A stretch of 64,000 nucleotides of DNA, from NCBI GenBank assembly GCA_053919585.1, contig CM132813.1; one strand, given 5' to 3'. The notes beneath the pieces are model-generated. The model saw only the letters and a program-made list of their open reading frames with translations, searched no databases and was not told the origin of the DNA. Below, piece after piece: positions 35,343 through 48,911 of this stretch. The DNA comes from Euprymna scolopes. Lineage: Eukaryota. The stretch's first letter is position 1, and each line of letters begins with the position of its first letter. The translations under genes and the position numbers were made by a program.

Positions 35343-36700
35343 CTATATAAGCAGATGGCTCAACAAGAATTTGTTTACATTGAAATTGAAGACAAATATT
35401 TTGTAGGGAGTCAGAAAGCAGGCTAGCAAAACAGAGTTCCACAGCTGGGCAATCCTAGGAAAGAAGCTTTGTTCGTGAAACTTATATTTAAATTTACGCA
35501 CAAAGAGTGGGGGAAATTGTTGATAGTGGTTGTAGTTAGGCGTGTGCTTTCTGTAAAAATTTGGTGTGGGAGGAACATAGATTGATGCTTTGACGAGCAC
35601 CTGCCATGAAAATAACAATAGAGCAGAGCCAGGCTCACGTCTCTCCTGAGGTTGCAGGAAGGAGAAAAGGGCATCACCTATCAGATTTTGAAGTTGATTT
35701 TGAACTCAGTCAAGGCAGAATAGGGTATTTTGAGCGGCTCCTCCCCAGATGTGACAACAGTACTCCATTTTAGGATGTATTTGGCTCTTGTACAGGTAGA
35801 GGATTGCATCAAGAGGGAGATACCTTCTGGAGGGATAGAATGACGCAACCATTTTCTCAGCGACTTTTGAAGCAGATTTGATGCAACTTTTCCATTTTAG
35901 GTCAGCTTGTCGGAGTAGGGTGCTTCTTTGAGACTAGAGCCATTCATATCAACTTGGGCAGGAGGGAATCAGTGGCATTAGTGATAAACATACAAGCTTG
36001 GTTTAGGATACGTTAAAATTAACCACCCACCTTTTGCGCCACTACACCACGTGCTCAAAGTTGGAGACCCAGAGATCTTGGTCATTGCTGACCTTTGAGG
36101 TCTTGCCATAGATGGTAGTGTCTTCTGTGTACATATTGATGAATGAACTTACATGGTTTGGGAGATCTTTGAAGAAAAGGAAGAGTGTTAGGCTCAGGAT
36201 TGCTCCCGGAGGCATGCCAGTATTGATACTTGGAGCTTCTGACTTCAGCCTATCAACAACTACTTGTATAAACCTATCGGAGAGAAAGGATTTGATGATT
36301 GAGAAGACAATTTGAGATATTCCATAGCTAGAAATCTTGTGACGTAAACCTTTATGCCAAACCTTATCAAATGCCTTTGATATGTCAAAAGCTATTGCTC
36401 TAGAGAGGAAACCATTGATAGATTCACTGATCGTATGTGAGATCACAGTCAGCACATCAGCTGTAGATCTTGCACCTGTGAATTTAATAGTTTTTGCTTT
36501 ATTGCCATTCAATATGCTGCAACACTTTGGTGATCATTTCATCAGTAAGAAGTGTGAGCCTGAATGAGCTTCACTCTCACTGGATCTTTGCCTCCTCAGA
36601 TTTTTATTTGTGGGATTATCAAACTAATCTCCAGAGTATTCCAGTACTGGAGAAGGTTATTAGAGCTGAAGTCGTTTGTATTTACGTGAGTTTGCAACAC
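35343..36700 (-). mobile_element. Degenerate CR1/L2-group LINE (RT pseudogene)
   Basis: AIAFDISKAFDKVWH, GMPPGAILS, YTEDTT (YADD) and SFFPRIAQLWN motifs, with frameshifts. Confidence 0.88.
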
Positions 36701-37908
36701 AGGTGCACATTTTGAGCATACCATTGGACGACAATGAAACAAAAACTGTTCTAGGTTCATGACTGGAACATAGTGAACAAATTAGGTATGATACTATCAA
36801 CACCCCCCCCACAAGAGTTAGGAAGTGAAAAAAAAAAAAAAAAAGGAAAAACTATAAAAATAGGAAAAAGTTGACCAAAAGACACAGCTATAGTAAGTGA
36901 ACTTAGTTGTTCACCAAAACACACAAAAGAAAGCTGAAATAGGATTGTTAATCAAGGTGTGGCAGGTGACTGAGACAAAAGATCAAACATACAGATCGAT
37001 ATATTTAGAGTTAGTTTATGAGTGGTAGTGAATTTTGCGACATTGAAGAATAGTTTCCAGTTTGGGACAATTAAACGCGGATTGTGGTTTGGAGCAGATC
37101 GATATGAGCTGACGTTAATTGATGTATACGGTTTCGATAGGTGGATTTTTAGTGCTTAGAGGTGATGGTGTCACACACGCATCCAGAGCCCAACCAATAT
37201 ATACAGAGCGTGTTTTTTATACTTGTGAACGCATGCTCACCTCTTCAGCGTGAGACAACAACACAGAACTGGCAGAAGAGAAGATGTATGAGAAGAGGAT
37301 CACGGAAGCAGAATTGGAATCAGCGATTGTTGTTGAGAGCCAGAGGAGCACGTTTTCACAAGGCATAGAATGACGTTTGTTTATAGCAAATGTGGCCAGA
37401 TTGCAAAAGAATTGTGAATTTTATTAGCAATCGCATGTAAGAGGGGGGGGGTACATCTTTAGTATGAATACCTGTGTTTGTCATGCTCTGCATGTATAAT
37501 ACAATTAAAGCTTATAAACTGTTTAACATGTTTATGTGTGTATGGGTTTCAATTACCACTAGAAATAGAAACCTTTAACAAATGCCATCTATATTTGTTA
37601 CATTTCCTAAACACTGCAATCAGTTTCAACTAAGCCAAAATTGAGATGAAGCCTTAAGTGCACATATGCTGATAGTGAAGCCTTTTAAGGGGCTACTTTC
37701 GTGTTTAGTCTCTTGGATCGTCATCCAAGGAAAATGCTGACCAGAAAAGTACTATGACCTCACCCTCCAACCAAAGAGACATACCAACTTTCATTATGTT
37801 GGTTATCAGAAAAACCAAGCTGGCAAGTGAAAAGCTAAGCTCTTCAAGAACCCAACAAGTAACAAAGAAATTACAAGGCTGGATGACAAATAGGCTACCC
37901 TTAATATG

Positions 37909-38479
37909 GGGCATTTCTTACTACAGAAAAGATGGAAAAAAAAATGGTTAAAAAACGTAACAAATGTTATTAAAGGCAACATAAGTTACTCTTATACTTA
38001 GCTGGATATGTTTTTAGGGTTTTAACTTATTTTAAAGAATCTATTCAATTCGAAAAACACTTGAGTGTTGCATGTTACGTGAGAACAAGAAAAAAATAAC
38101 CAATACAGAAGGGTTACGTTTTTGGAGTCTGGATAATCGCGCAAAAATAGAAAATCGAACAAAATAGTGGTAGAAACCCACCCAAATAATTTATCATGGT
38201 AATCTTTGAGTGGGTTTCTATCAGTATTTTGTTTAATTTTCTATTTTTGAACGATTATCCAGACTTCAAAGATGTGAGCATCAAATGTCTGCCATTTTTT
38301 TCTTGTTCTAATGTAATACTTAATATTACTTGTTTTCTGAACTGCATAAACGTTTTTAAGTAAAAACACAAAACTTATCCAGTTAGGTAGAAGTAATTTA
38401 TCTTACCTTTAATAAGATTTGTGTTATATATTTGGTTTTTGTCCACGTTTTCATTTTGTTTTCTATAGTAAAAATACCC
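37909..38479. mobile_element. ~570-bp foldback MITE (arms invert over nearly the whole length)
   Basis: GTCTGGATAATCG...AAAAATAGAAAAT...TAGAAACCCAC / GTGGGTTTCTA...ATTTTCTATTTTT...CGATTATCCAGAC; GGG...CCC ends. Confidence 0.8.
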
Positions 38480-39168
38480 TTAAAACGTTTTAATGCTAAC
38501 TAGTTGCATCTATTGTTCTAAATGAAGTTCGTCCGTCATTTTAGCATGCATGTTTTTAAAGTTATATTGAAAATAAAATTTTAGTATTTATTTTATTATT
38601 TAAATAATCATCTCAATAACTGTTAAATTAAAACAATGTATAGAAAAGAAACGCACACAGTAATTACAGAATCTTGATATAGAAAAGAGATTAAAAAAAA
38701 GCTCAATAAAAACTCGAATAATTTAAGTGAGATAAGTCATTTTCACATTATAATGATTTATTTCCCTGACATTAAGTTCTTATTTAAAACTGTCCCCATT
38801 TTAAAAATCTACCTATAATTGAAATAATTCCTCCCCCTACCAAAAAAAAAAAAAAAAAAAAAAAACACTGAACTTAAATTTAGACGTTCTAAAAATCATA
38901 CCAGCAAAGAAAAAGACAAAGTGGCTAGGCAAAATCAAATTTTGATTTGTTAGATTCAATGCTATTAATATTTAGATTTAAATTCTAAAATTTGACACTG
39001 TAACTTTATCACATCAGATTACGATACTTTCCTCTCCACCAACCCTGATCCTAATGATAATCTTTAAAATTTTATTCCGCAAAAATAAATTGGCATCACT
39101 GTTACAATAGGATTGATTTTTTTTTTTTTCCGGGATTCTAAATTTGTGAATAAAAAGGATGAACAGTT

Positions 39169-39207
<39 letters not shown>

Positions 39208-40164
39208 AATATTCGTATTAGTTTTACAAAAAAAGAAGGACAGAAAAACAATGTCAAACATTTGTTCAATTTTTGACAATAAACAAATGTGGAAAAAAAA
39301 AAATTGAAAATCGAATTCAGAATTATTTCGATGTTCCAGAGAAAAGTAATAGCATCTAGAACTTTCAAATATTTCAGACTAAAGCAGATATTTAAAATTG
39401 CATTTTCTATGTCGAACTTCAAAATCTGTACAGAATCATTTATTTAATCCACCGAGGTAGTTTGCTCTTGTTCTATCAGCCATAACCAGGTAGAAATCTT
39501 AATTTCATTCTTAGTATCGCCTGTACTAAGGATTGAAACTTCAACCTCCAGCATATTATAACTTAGTTATCACCTAACAATTATCCGTTGCACCACAGGT
39601 TCTTACTGATACTCCCCCATGTATAAAATAAAGAGTTCTGTCCGAAATTATGTACCGGTTCTCTAAGTTCAAATTAATATACTTGAAGGCGGTCAAGGGT
39701 TTTATAAGAATAGCATCAAAGAGAAAAGTCGTCCAAATAATACATATCAATTCTTGTCTAAAAAATTCCGAAATTTGGTACATTCATTATGCTGAGTGGA
39801 CGGGGGAGGGGGGCATAATATTAAAGATCCTAAAGGGGAATAAGTTACAAAAAAGTCGGAGGAGAGTACTGAAAAAACAAGTAGCAGATTAAAGTTGTAG
39901 TTAAACAAGAAGAAAAAAAAATCACACCAAGCAAGCCCATGTTAAAAATGATGCGCTGTCAAACGCATTCTTTACAACCAATCCTCTGCAACAGTGAATC
40001 GAGAACCCAAAAAATAATTCGGGTTTTACTGAGATTTTCTTTCTGGAAAAAAATGCTTGATCACTCATATTTCTTATTATCTTAATATGAAAATGAAACG
40101 TGATCTCTAAGTCTCACTAGATGTTACTCCTTGTGAAAAATATGAAAGAGCAAACAACAGCAGC

Positions 40165-41010
40165 TCAGCAAAAGAGAGAGAGAAGCAGGTAGAGCAAAAC
40201 ACAGAGAGAGGGAAAAGCAGGTAGAGCAAANNNNNNNNNNNNNNNNNNNNNNNNNNNNNNNNNNNNNNNNNNNNNNNNNNNNNNNNNNNNNNNNNNNNNN
40301 NNNNNNNNNNNNNNNNNNNNNNNNNNNNNNNNNNNNNNNNNNNNNNNNNNNNNNNNNNNNNNNNNNNNNNNNNNNNNNNNNNNNNNNNNNNNNNNNNNNN
40401 NNNNNNNNNNNNNNNNNNNNNNNNNNNNNNNNNNNNNNNNNNNNNNNNNNNNNNNNNNNNNNNNNNNNNNNNNNNNNNNNNNNNNNNNNNNNNNNNNNNN
40501 NNNNNNNNNNNNNNNNNNNNNNNNNNNNNNNNAGAGAGAGAGAGAAAAAAGCAGGTAGAGCAAAACAGAGAGAGAGAAAAAAGCAGGTAGAGCAAAACAG
40601 AGAGAGAGAGAGAAAAGCAGGTAGAGCAAAACAGAGAGAGAGAGACAGAGAAAAGCAGGTAGAGCAAAACAGAGAGAGAGAGACAGAGAAAAGCAGGTAG
40701 AGCAAAACAGAGAGAGAGAGAGAAAAGCAGGTAGAGCAAAACAGAGAGAGAGAGAGAAAAGCAGGTAGAGCAAAACAGAGAGAGAGAGAGAAAAGCAGGT
40801 AGAGCAAAACAGAGAGAGAGAGACAGAGAAAAGCAGGTAGAGCAAAACAGAGAGAGAGAGAGAAAAGCAGGTAGAGCAAAACAGAGAGAGAGAGAGAAAA
40901 GCAGGTAGAGCAAAACAGAGAGAGAGAGAGAAAAGCAGGTAGAGCAAAACAGAGAGAGAGAGAGAGAGAAAAGCAGGTAGACCAAAGCAGAGAGAGAGAA
41001 ACAGGTAGAG
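40165..41010. repeat. Compound minisatellite AAAAGCAGGTAGAGCAAAAC(AG)n, ~32-40-bp units, spanning gap 40231-40531
   Basis: Direct inspection; explains the low-complexity ORFs at 40107-41180. Confidence 0.95.
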
Positions 41011-41654
41011 TAAAGAAAGAGAGGATAAAAAATAAGGTGGTGAAAAAAATTAAGGAAATAAAAACATTTAGAATGTGAGAGAGAGAGAGAGAGCGAAGTG
41101 TGAGGGAGATTGTGCATATTGTCTAGTTTCATGTGATTAACAAAGGTTCGCTCACCACCAGGTAATTTTTTGTAGGTCAAAACTATCTGCTTTGTGATAT
41201 GTCATGGGAAAAAAATCCTAATACTAAAAACATGCAAGATGAAAAAAATAAATAAAATAAAATTCGTTTCACTCTGTTCAGGATATAGGATTACCTCGTC
41301 CTGCCGGTGATAAGCTTTATGAGAAAATGCAATATTCAACTGGCTTTGAATAGTTGTGTCATTAGCTGCAGCATGTGACGAATGGAAAATATTACGAATT
41401 ACATTTAAGAGTAAATATCTTAAAGATATATAGAAACAGTTTAAAAAAAAAAAATAACTTAATCAGATATGAGGAAGCGATAGAAGGAAGCATGTGATGT
41501 TTTTAAGCAGCAATGAAGCTTGTATATAATCAGATTGCAAATCAAAGAGTGAAAAGAATCGTTAGATTTTTATCTTGCAAGATGTGATCAAATCTTTCTC
41601 ACACCTCCTCAATAGTTCACATTGTGCAGTTACAGGAATTTATCTTATTTATTA

Positions 41655-42550
41655 ATAGCAGGGTGGGTGGGTTACCAGGCGTTGCCTGGGTATTTGTAGG
41701 TGCGTGTGTTGGGGAGGGGAGGGGGGTAAATCAAAACAAAAAGGAAACTTAACGATAGCGAATTAAAAAAAAAAAAAAAAAAGATGGCGGCTTGGTGGCA
41801 TGTGGGCTCGAACCCGGAGCCTTGAGGCCTATAGACTGAGCCTGAACACCTGCGCTACGACAACAATGTTAATGTAAGAGCGATTAAAGTGAGTCAAGTC
41901 GAGGAGGTTTGATTGACAGGTGGACGCTTAATGAGGTCATCGCGGGAGCGTTACGATGACGGGGCAGTTTTTTTGGTGTTTGTTTACTTTGTTTCACTGC
42001 GGGATCGTTTTTTCATTTACTGCGAGGGCAGATTGGGCTTCCCCAAGATGATGGGAGGGGGGAAACCAGCTCCCCACTGAAAGGGGATTGTCCAAATTGA
42101 ATAGCAATTGTCTGATATAAGGAAAAAACCGCATTGATCAAAGCTGATTGCTTTTGGATGTTCCGGTGATCGCATTGGGAATGATGCAACAACCTTCATA
42201 TAAGTTTCGCTTTTATTATACGAAAAAGGTGAATCTAAACACGCCAATCGAAAAATGTTGAATATTTAGCTTTTCAAAGTCAGGCAAATTAAATACACAC
42301 GCGACCCTCGTAACTTGTAGATATTATGATTTTGACGTGATATAAAAAGTTTTAAAAATGAGCGACGGCCTCGAGAAAACGCCGGAAAAAATCCTTTTGT
42401 GGACATACACAAAAAGCGAACATACATACACACATTAAATCTTCCTTCTCTCTACCTCTCTATCCATCTCGCTATTTCCCCCCCCCCCCACACTTTCTCC
42501 CTGCCCATTCCTCTGGTTTAACACACACAACTCTCCGTTATATAATAGAT
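41655..42550 (-). mobile_element. Non-autonomous Helitron with a tRNA-like segment
   Basis: Hairpin CCAGGCGTTGCCTGG, TATAATAGAT end, interior shared with 10530-10890; A/B boxes at ~41790-41860. Confidence 0.75.
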
Positions 42551-42759
42551 TCCTCAAGTAATGAGTTATAATGTTCTGCCAAATTGATACATAACACTGA
42601 AAAACAGACCCTGCTAAGAGTCAGATTTTTCCAGACACTGACCACCTTCAAGATGAAGTCATAAGCCAACAATTTTTTCAAGCATTGCAATTTTTTTTTT
42701 TTTCCAGCAGTTTTATTTATTTCTTATATTTTATAAAAACCGTCCCTGTCACATGATTA

Positions 42760-43040
42760 TATAATTCCTTTAATCTATCTATGCCTAAAGTTAAACGAAA
42801 ATTCCATGGGCAGAGCTTTTTTTTCTCATCTATGGAACACAATACTGCTGAGCTGCTTCCAAGCTGAGTATAACGTGGTCGTTTTTAAGTCTAACATAAA
42901 CAACTTGTTGATGAGTGGTCCTTTAAAATAAATGAACTCATCTAATTTTCACCATCACTCATCAGGGTTGTCTCACCTGACACCCATTAACTCTTATCCT
43001 TAAGTGGCCTCCAGGCCTTAATAAGTAGCGACTCTCTAGC
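42760..43040 (+). mobile_element. CR1/L2-group LINE 3' remnant
   Basis: KFHGQSFF...LWN...FKSNIN remnant, like 35343-35520. Confidence 0.55.
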
Positions 43041-43831
43041 ATATACAAAAATCATGTAAATTGTCAGTTTTACTTTATCTGTTCTCTCCTCACCTTATTA
43101 TCACCACAAAGGCCTATTCATATCACTGTAACGATGTCCAGAAAAGAATAATATCCCAAAATAAAATTACCATTTCTCTTTGAATTTTTAAGCCTATTTA
43201 CATGCTTTTTCAGGAGATTGTCAGCCGATTTTTACTCAAAAGTCTGCAACATCTCCATCCCAGTCTGGGATTCTTTTGTTCTTTTCTCAGACAATGTCCA
43301 TGTGCGAGGCTGATTAGAAAGTCAATAAAAGTAATATAAGACCCTGCTATTTTTTGTTTGTTTACACTTCGAAAGTCTGCTGTCCCACAAATTAATTTCA
43401 CAACAGAATGGAAGGGAAAAAAAAAAAAAAAAAAAAAGGGAAAAGAAAAAAAAAATGAAAAAAAAAAAAAAAAAGGAATGAAAGCATCTTTCTTCAAAGA
43501 AAGAATGGCTTTGTTCAAACGATACAACAGCAACCACCACAAACAGCATCGTTACCATCAGATTGGTATGGCAGTTATTTTTAAACTCATACTCAATTGC
43601 CGTGACACCATGGAGACATTAATGGCAGAGAATTCTATTCACATGCATCAGAGAATAATAGAAGAGATGATACAAAAAGAGGAAGGAATGGAGATATATG
43701 GATAGTCTGCTTAGTTCAAGCGATGGATGAGTAGTTTCCAAATCCAATGGTTCATTGTTTAGCAGAAATATATAATTGCTTCTTTTTAATATGACAGTCA
43801 TCTTCAATTGAAGGTATAAGTGCCGTCACAG

Positions 43832-43971
43832 AAATGATCGCAACGACAGTCGTCGTCGCAAATGATCGCAACGGCAGTCGGCGTCGCAAATGATCGCAAT
43901 GGCAGTCGGCGTCGCAAATGATCGCAACGGCAGTCGGCGGCGCAAATGATCGCAACGGCAGTCATCGTCAC
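43832..43971. repeat. 28-bp CpG-rich minisatellite, 5 copies
   Basis: Unit AAATGATCGCAACGGCAGTCGGCGTCGC. Confidence 0.95.
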
Positions 43972-44475
43972 AGTGACAATCATACTGGCAGCCATCGTTG
44001 ATGCAGCAATGATTATGAAAATACTTTGAGTAATTGGAGTCATGAACGTTCCCCAAGCAATTGAAAGTCAATTGTACTGACTAGTTTACGTACAGAGCAA
44101 ATTAAACAAATGAGAAGAGATCAATAATTCACGGTGAATGACTGGCAACATGATTCAAGTACACAATGGATGAAAATGAGAGGCTCAAATCAGAACAAGT
44201 TACTAAATACAATGCTTCAAATGTTCCAACAGATAATCTGTTTATCAAAACTAACATTGGGTAAAATACAACTAAAAAGAAGCACAGGTGATGTTGGCAG
44301 GGAGAAAAAAATTCTAGTGAAACCTATCCAAATGAACAGACACAATGACCTCTCACCTCTCACAGGTATTTTGCTAATTAAATAAAATCACCAAATAGAA
44401 CAGTTTTGCAAGTCCATTTAGGAAGATTCAATTAATTTGAAATTCAATCTTTTGGCATTAGGAAAGAAAACTAAT

Positions 44476-44537
<62 letters not shown>

Positions 44538-44886
44538 AGCAAGTAGTTAATAAAACATGTTAAAAAAACTTTGAAAAAGAGTTAAAATCATATTTAATTT
44601 TAAAAGAAAACACTAAATAAGTGGATAGTCTTTAATCTGCAGAGTTTCGAAGAAATACTTTCAATCTCATCAGAGGGTAGGATTTAGCCAAATGTGGGAT
44701 CGGATTTTGCTTGCAAAAGTATTTGATGAAACTACAAGTAAGTCATAGATCTTACTTGATAACAAAAAGTGAAGCAGAGGGAATAGGGTGAAGAAAAAAG
44801 TGATTTCATGTGAATGGATAGTCTGGTGAAGTGTAAAGTATCCAATGACGGTAAAATCCAAAAATGCAGAATCCAAGAAAGTTGGT

Positions 44887-44935
<49 letters not shown>

Positions 44936-44940
44936 TCAAT

Positions 44941-45427
44941 CAGAGTTCTACGGACAAATTTATCTTAAATTGACCTTTGACAAGTAAATATTTTTGTTAA
45001 CTAGCCAAATAGAAAACTTACTAGCCTAACTAATGTAATTTTTGGTATATGATATCTTCGTTCTGTAACGAGTACAAGATTTTTCTGTATTTTTAAAAAA
45101 AAATTTTAATGAGTGTAATTCTAAATATGCACCATATTTTATGCTGTGACTTGAAAGTATAAAATTGAATGTTTTTAAACAACCTCGTTATAAAAAAAAA
45201 AAAAAGTAAATATTATTCTATTAAACCTTTTATTCTGTAAATAATTTGACTTTACTCGTTTTATTAAAAAATAAAAGTTAAAAAGATATTTAGCAGCCAG
45301 TAATGAGCTTTTGAAGATTGTTGGTGAAAAAAAACACAATCGTCAAAAGATAAGCATTTTATTATTTCTTGTCATACAAAAGAATCACTTGAAAATGCAA
45401 CTGTTTCACTCACAAGGTAAAGTCCTG
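44941..45427 (+). mobile_element. hAT-type MITE, family A
   Basis: Colinear with 1089-1581. Confidence 0.85.
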
Positions 45428-45669
45428 TATACAAACTACGAATATTTATTCTAATTTTGGTCAAGATCCCTTACAAGATTTTGATTCTAATAAGATTTCA
45501 TAAAAATAAAAAAAACTATCTGAATTTTTACAAAAGGTTTCAATCACTTTTTGCTTCCTTTACATAAAACCAAGTTAAACTAAATATAGCTTAAATTACC
45601 GACTCAGAGACCTACTAGCAGTGTTCCAAAATTCATAATTAGCTTAGGAGTGAATCCTATATATATAGA

Positions 45670-45940
45670 TGGTTCATTGGTTGTTTTTGTTTTACGGCAT
45701 ATCAACCCTTTTCAGACTAATGCCGAATCCATTGATTTTGAAGAACAATTTTTTAATAGAATATATTTGTTTTTTCAAGTAGGTTTCTATTTAACTCATA
45801 GTTGGGACCCTAACAGGTACTACCACTCTGGATTAGAGTGGACCTGGGAGCAATGGCAATTAAAGGGTGGCTCCACACTCCCTAAAGCCCGCAAGCTGGG
45901 GCCTCCCCATCGGATATAGTTTATGGTCATATCCAGGACC
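45670..45940 (-). mobile_element. SINE family S with (AACC)n-type tail
   Basis: Close copy of 60472-60744; approximate TSD CCTATAYATA. Confidence 0.85.
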
Positions 45941-46455
45941 CCTATACATAACTTCATATATTGCTATGCATCTTTGTATCCTACTAAACCTTATGTCTTG
46001 AACCTTTGCTCAAATTTTGATCAAAATCCAATGATTTATATCTTTTTAATAAATTGGGTCTAGCCACAGCCAACCACAATGACGGTGAAAGCTTTATGCT
46101 GCACCATCGTCATGGAAATACCCTGCAAAAGCTAACCTGTTTCATCCTTTAATGAGAGACAACTGTGCTAATCATCAGCAAGAACTGAATTAGGTCAACA
46201 ACTCCAAAAGTCTCCACTACCACACGACTTAAAATAAATCGGAGAGAGGAAAGAGATAGAACGAAAAAACAAAAAGATACAAAGAGAACGATAGTTTGGA
46301 GCAAGAGAGGTTAGGCACAATGTATTGTCTCGCCAGAAAAATAAACCTCAACCAAAATATTTCATATTTATTTCCTGTGTGAATTTTAACATTTCTTTTA
46401 ACATGTTGACTTATGTCAACAACATATGCTGACATGGCAGTTTGCAATGGTGCAG

Positions 46456-47097
46456 CAGGGCTCTACAGACAAATTTATCTTTAGTTGACTTTTGACAACT
46501 AAAGAAATTTTTTAAATCATATTTCCCAGTTTAATTAAAGTTTTATTACATGTTTTTTTTTATTCAATTGTAAGGTTAAAGTACAGAATAGGTACAAAAC
46601 ACCCTCCCCATGTTAAGAATGGCTTTTTAAATAATAACGTTATTTCAGCACGGATCAATAAGTGCATGAGTACCGAAAAGTTACTAGCCAAACCTGCATG
46701 ACTTTTAGAATGACATTTTCGTTCTGTGACAAGTATGTGCATAAAGATTTTTATGTCTTTTTTAATAAGTGTAATTCTAAATATACAACAAATTTTATGT
46801 TGATACTTGAAGGTATAAAGATTCTCATTTTTTCAGATATTTTTTTTTTTCAAGAGTCTTCGTTAGAAAAAATAAAAAGTATATTGTTCTATTAAACTTT
46901 TATTTAAATAGTTAACTTTGTTCGTTTTATAAAAAAAAAAAAAAGTTGAGAAGATATTTTTCAAACAGTAGTGAGCCTTGGAAGATTGTCAGTGAGAGAA
47001 ACACAATCGCCAAAAGATAAGCGTTTCATTATTTCTAGTTGCCATTTTGAAAAATCACTCACAAATGCGACTGTTTCACTCGCAATGTAGAGTCCTG
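46456..47097 (+). mobile_element. hAT-type MITE, family A, with ~150 bp of extra internal sequence
   Basis: CAGGGCTCTACA...TGTAGAGTCCTG. Confidence 0.88.
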
Positions 47098-47229
47098 TGC
47101 TACACTAACGATATCTGTTGACAGCTTTTTGTTATCAAGGTTGCCAACATCATTGTAGACAATTTTTTTAGCTACTCCTACCTCTCTTGGACTTACTTGA
47201 ACAAATGGACACTATCAAACAATCATGAG

Positions 47230-48911
47230 GTTGCTTGCACGGGAACCGACTAGGCTAATCTGCTTGCCAGTCGGTTTGCCTCAAACTCTATATTGGACCC
47301 GGCACACCACTTCCTCCCCGACTTTCCTTTGCGGACAGATGTCACACTAGATGATTTGAAAATCACCCCTTTTCAGGTGCATGGTATCATAAAAAACCTT
47401 GACACATCAAAAGCATGTGGACCAGATCTCATCCCCGCTGTGTTAATAAAAAAATGCTCTGCAAACTTTACAATAAATGCCTTAATGAATCTTGCTTCCC
47501 CGACTGCTGGAAAACCACTTCTGTGGTAGCAGTCTTCAAGAATTCTGGTGAAAGAACTGACCCATTAAATTATCGCCCCATTAGCCTCACCCCACTTTTC
47601 GCCAAAATATTTGAGTCCTTAGTTAATCAAGCCCTAGTCCAACACCTAACAGCTGCTAAACTCCTGACCGACAATATGGATTCAGGCAAGCCCGTTTAAC
47701 AGCAGATATCTTAACTGTAGTCTCTGAATGTATATACTGTTCACTGAACAAAACAGGGGAAGGTAGAGCGGTAGCCCTTGATATATCTAAGGCTTTTGAC
47801 AGGGTATGACACGATGGTCTTTTAAGGAAAATTAGATCATATGGTATCACTGGAAGAATACACTGTAATTAAATCCTTAAGAGAAAAATCCAAGTTTTCC
47901 TCGACGGTCGTACATCTAAACAATATAATATAAATGCGGGAGTACCTCAGGAGTCTATCCTTGGACCTTTATTGTTCCTGATATTCATAAATGACCTCCC
48001 TGATAAAATTGTTTCAGAGATGGGTATATTTGCCGATGACAAACCCTCTATAACAGGCATGAGGAGAAAATATATGAACACATATCTAAGGAAATGGCAG
48101 AATCACTAGAGGATGAACTCCAATCTGTAGTGGAATGGGGACAAAAATGGATGGTCACATTCAATGCTGCCAAGACTAAGCTTGTTTCCTTCAATAACTA
48201 CAAGAAACCTTTTCTACCCCAATAGCAATGGCTAAGAATACACTGCCTGAAAGTACTTCCTTTAAACTCCTCGGCCTAACGTTTACAGGAAACATGAACT
48301 GAAATATATACATTGAGAGCATTGCCAAGGCTGCTGCAAAGAAGGTGGGCTCTCTCTACCGTGTTAGAAAATTAGTTACGCCTGGAAGTATCCTGTACCT
48401 CTATAAGGCCACAATTCGCCCATGTATGGACTATTGCTGTCACATTTGGGCTGCCTGTCTTTCACTCCTGGTCAGGGTTCAAAAGAGTCGCCAACCTGAT
48501 AGGTCCTGAACTGTCATCTAAGCTTCAGCCTCTGTCCCATCGACGAAATGTTGCATCCCTCTGCCTGTTCTACAAATACTTTAATGGTGAATGCTCTGAC
48601 AAACTGCAAGCACTTGTACCTCCTCGACATAATTACTCCCGACAAGCTACTAAGTCTCTATCCCTAGGTGTAAGAAGGCCTTTTACTCCAGTAGTTTCTT
48701 CCCCAAAACTGCAAGTCTTTGGAACTCCCTTCCAGGATACTGCTTTCCCAACTGTACTGATATGCAGAAATTCAAGTGTAATGTGAACAAACATCTTTCT
48801 ACTCGTCTCCCTTCATAATGCCCCCGCAAATTGTCCCCGATAGTAGGCCCTACTTCAAAGTGGCACTTGTCTTGTTTGGGGTGAAGATTGAAAAAAAAAA
48901 AAAAAAAAAAA
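47230..48911 (+). mobile_element. CR1/L2-group LINE, 5'-truncated, disrupted RT, poly(A) tail
   Basis: NYRPISL, ALDISKAFDRV, GVPQESILGPLLFLIFINDL and FADD motifs; stops and frameshifts; A-run at 48892-48911. Confidence 0.92.

Noticed and set aside
40107-41180. 357-, 251- and 260-aa ORFs
   Set aside because: Translations of an (AG)n compound minisatellite across an N gap.
41790-41862. Functional tRNA gene
   Set aside because: Acceptor and T stems do not pair properly; embedded in a Helitron.
43832-43971. CRISPR array or Cys/His-rich repeat protein (ORFs 43752-44071)
   Set aside because: A 28-bp tandem without spacers; the ORFs are frame-cycling products of the repeat.
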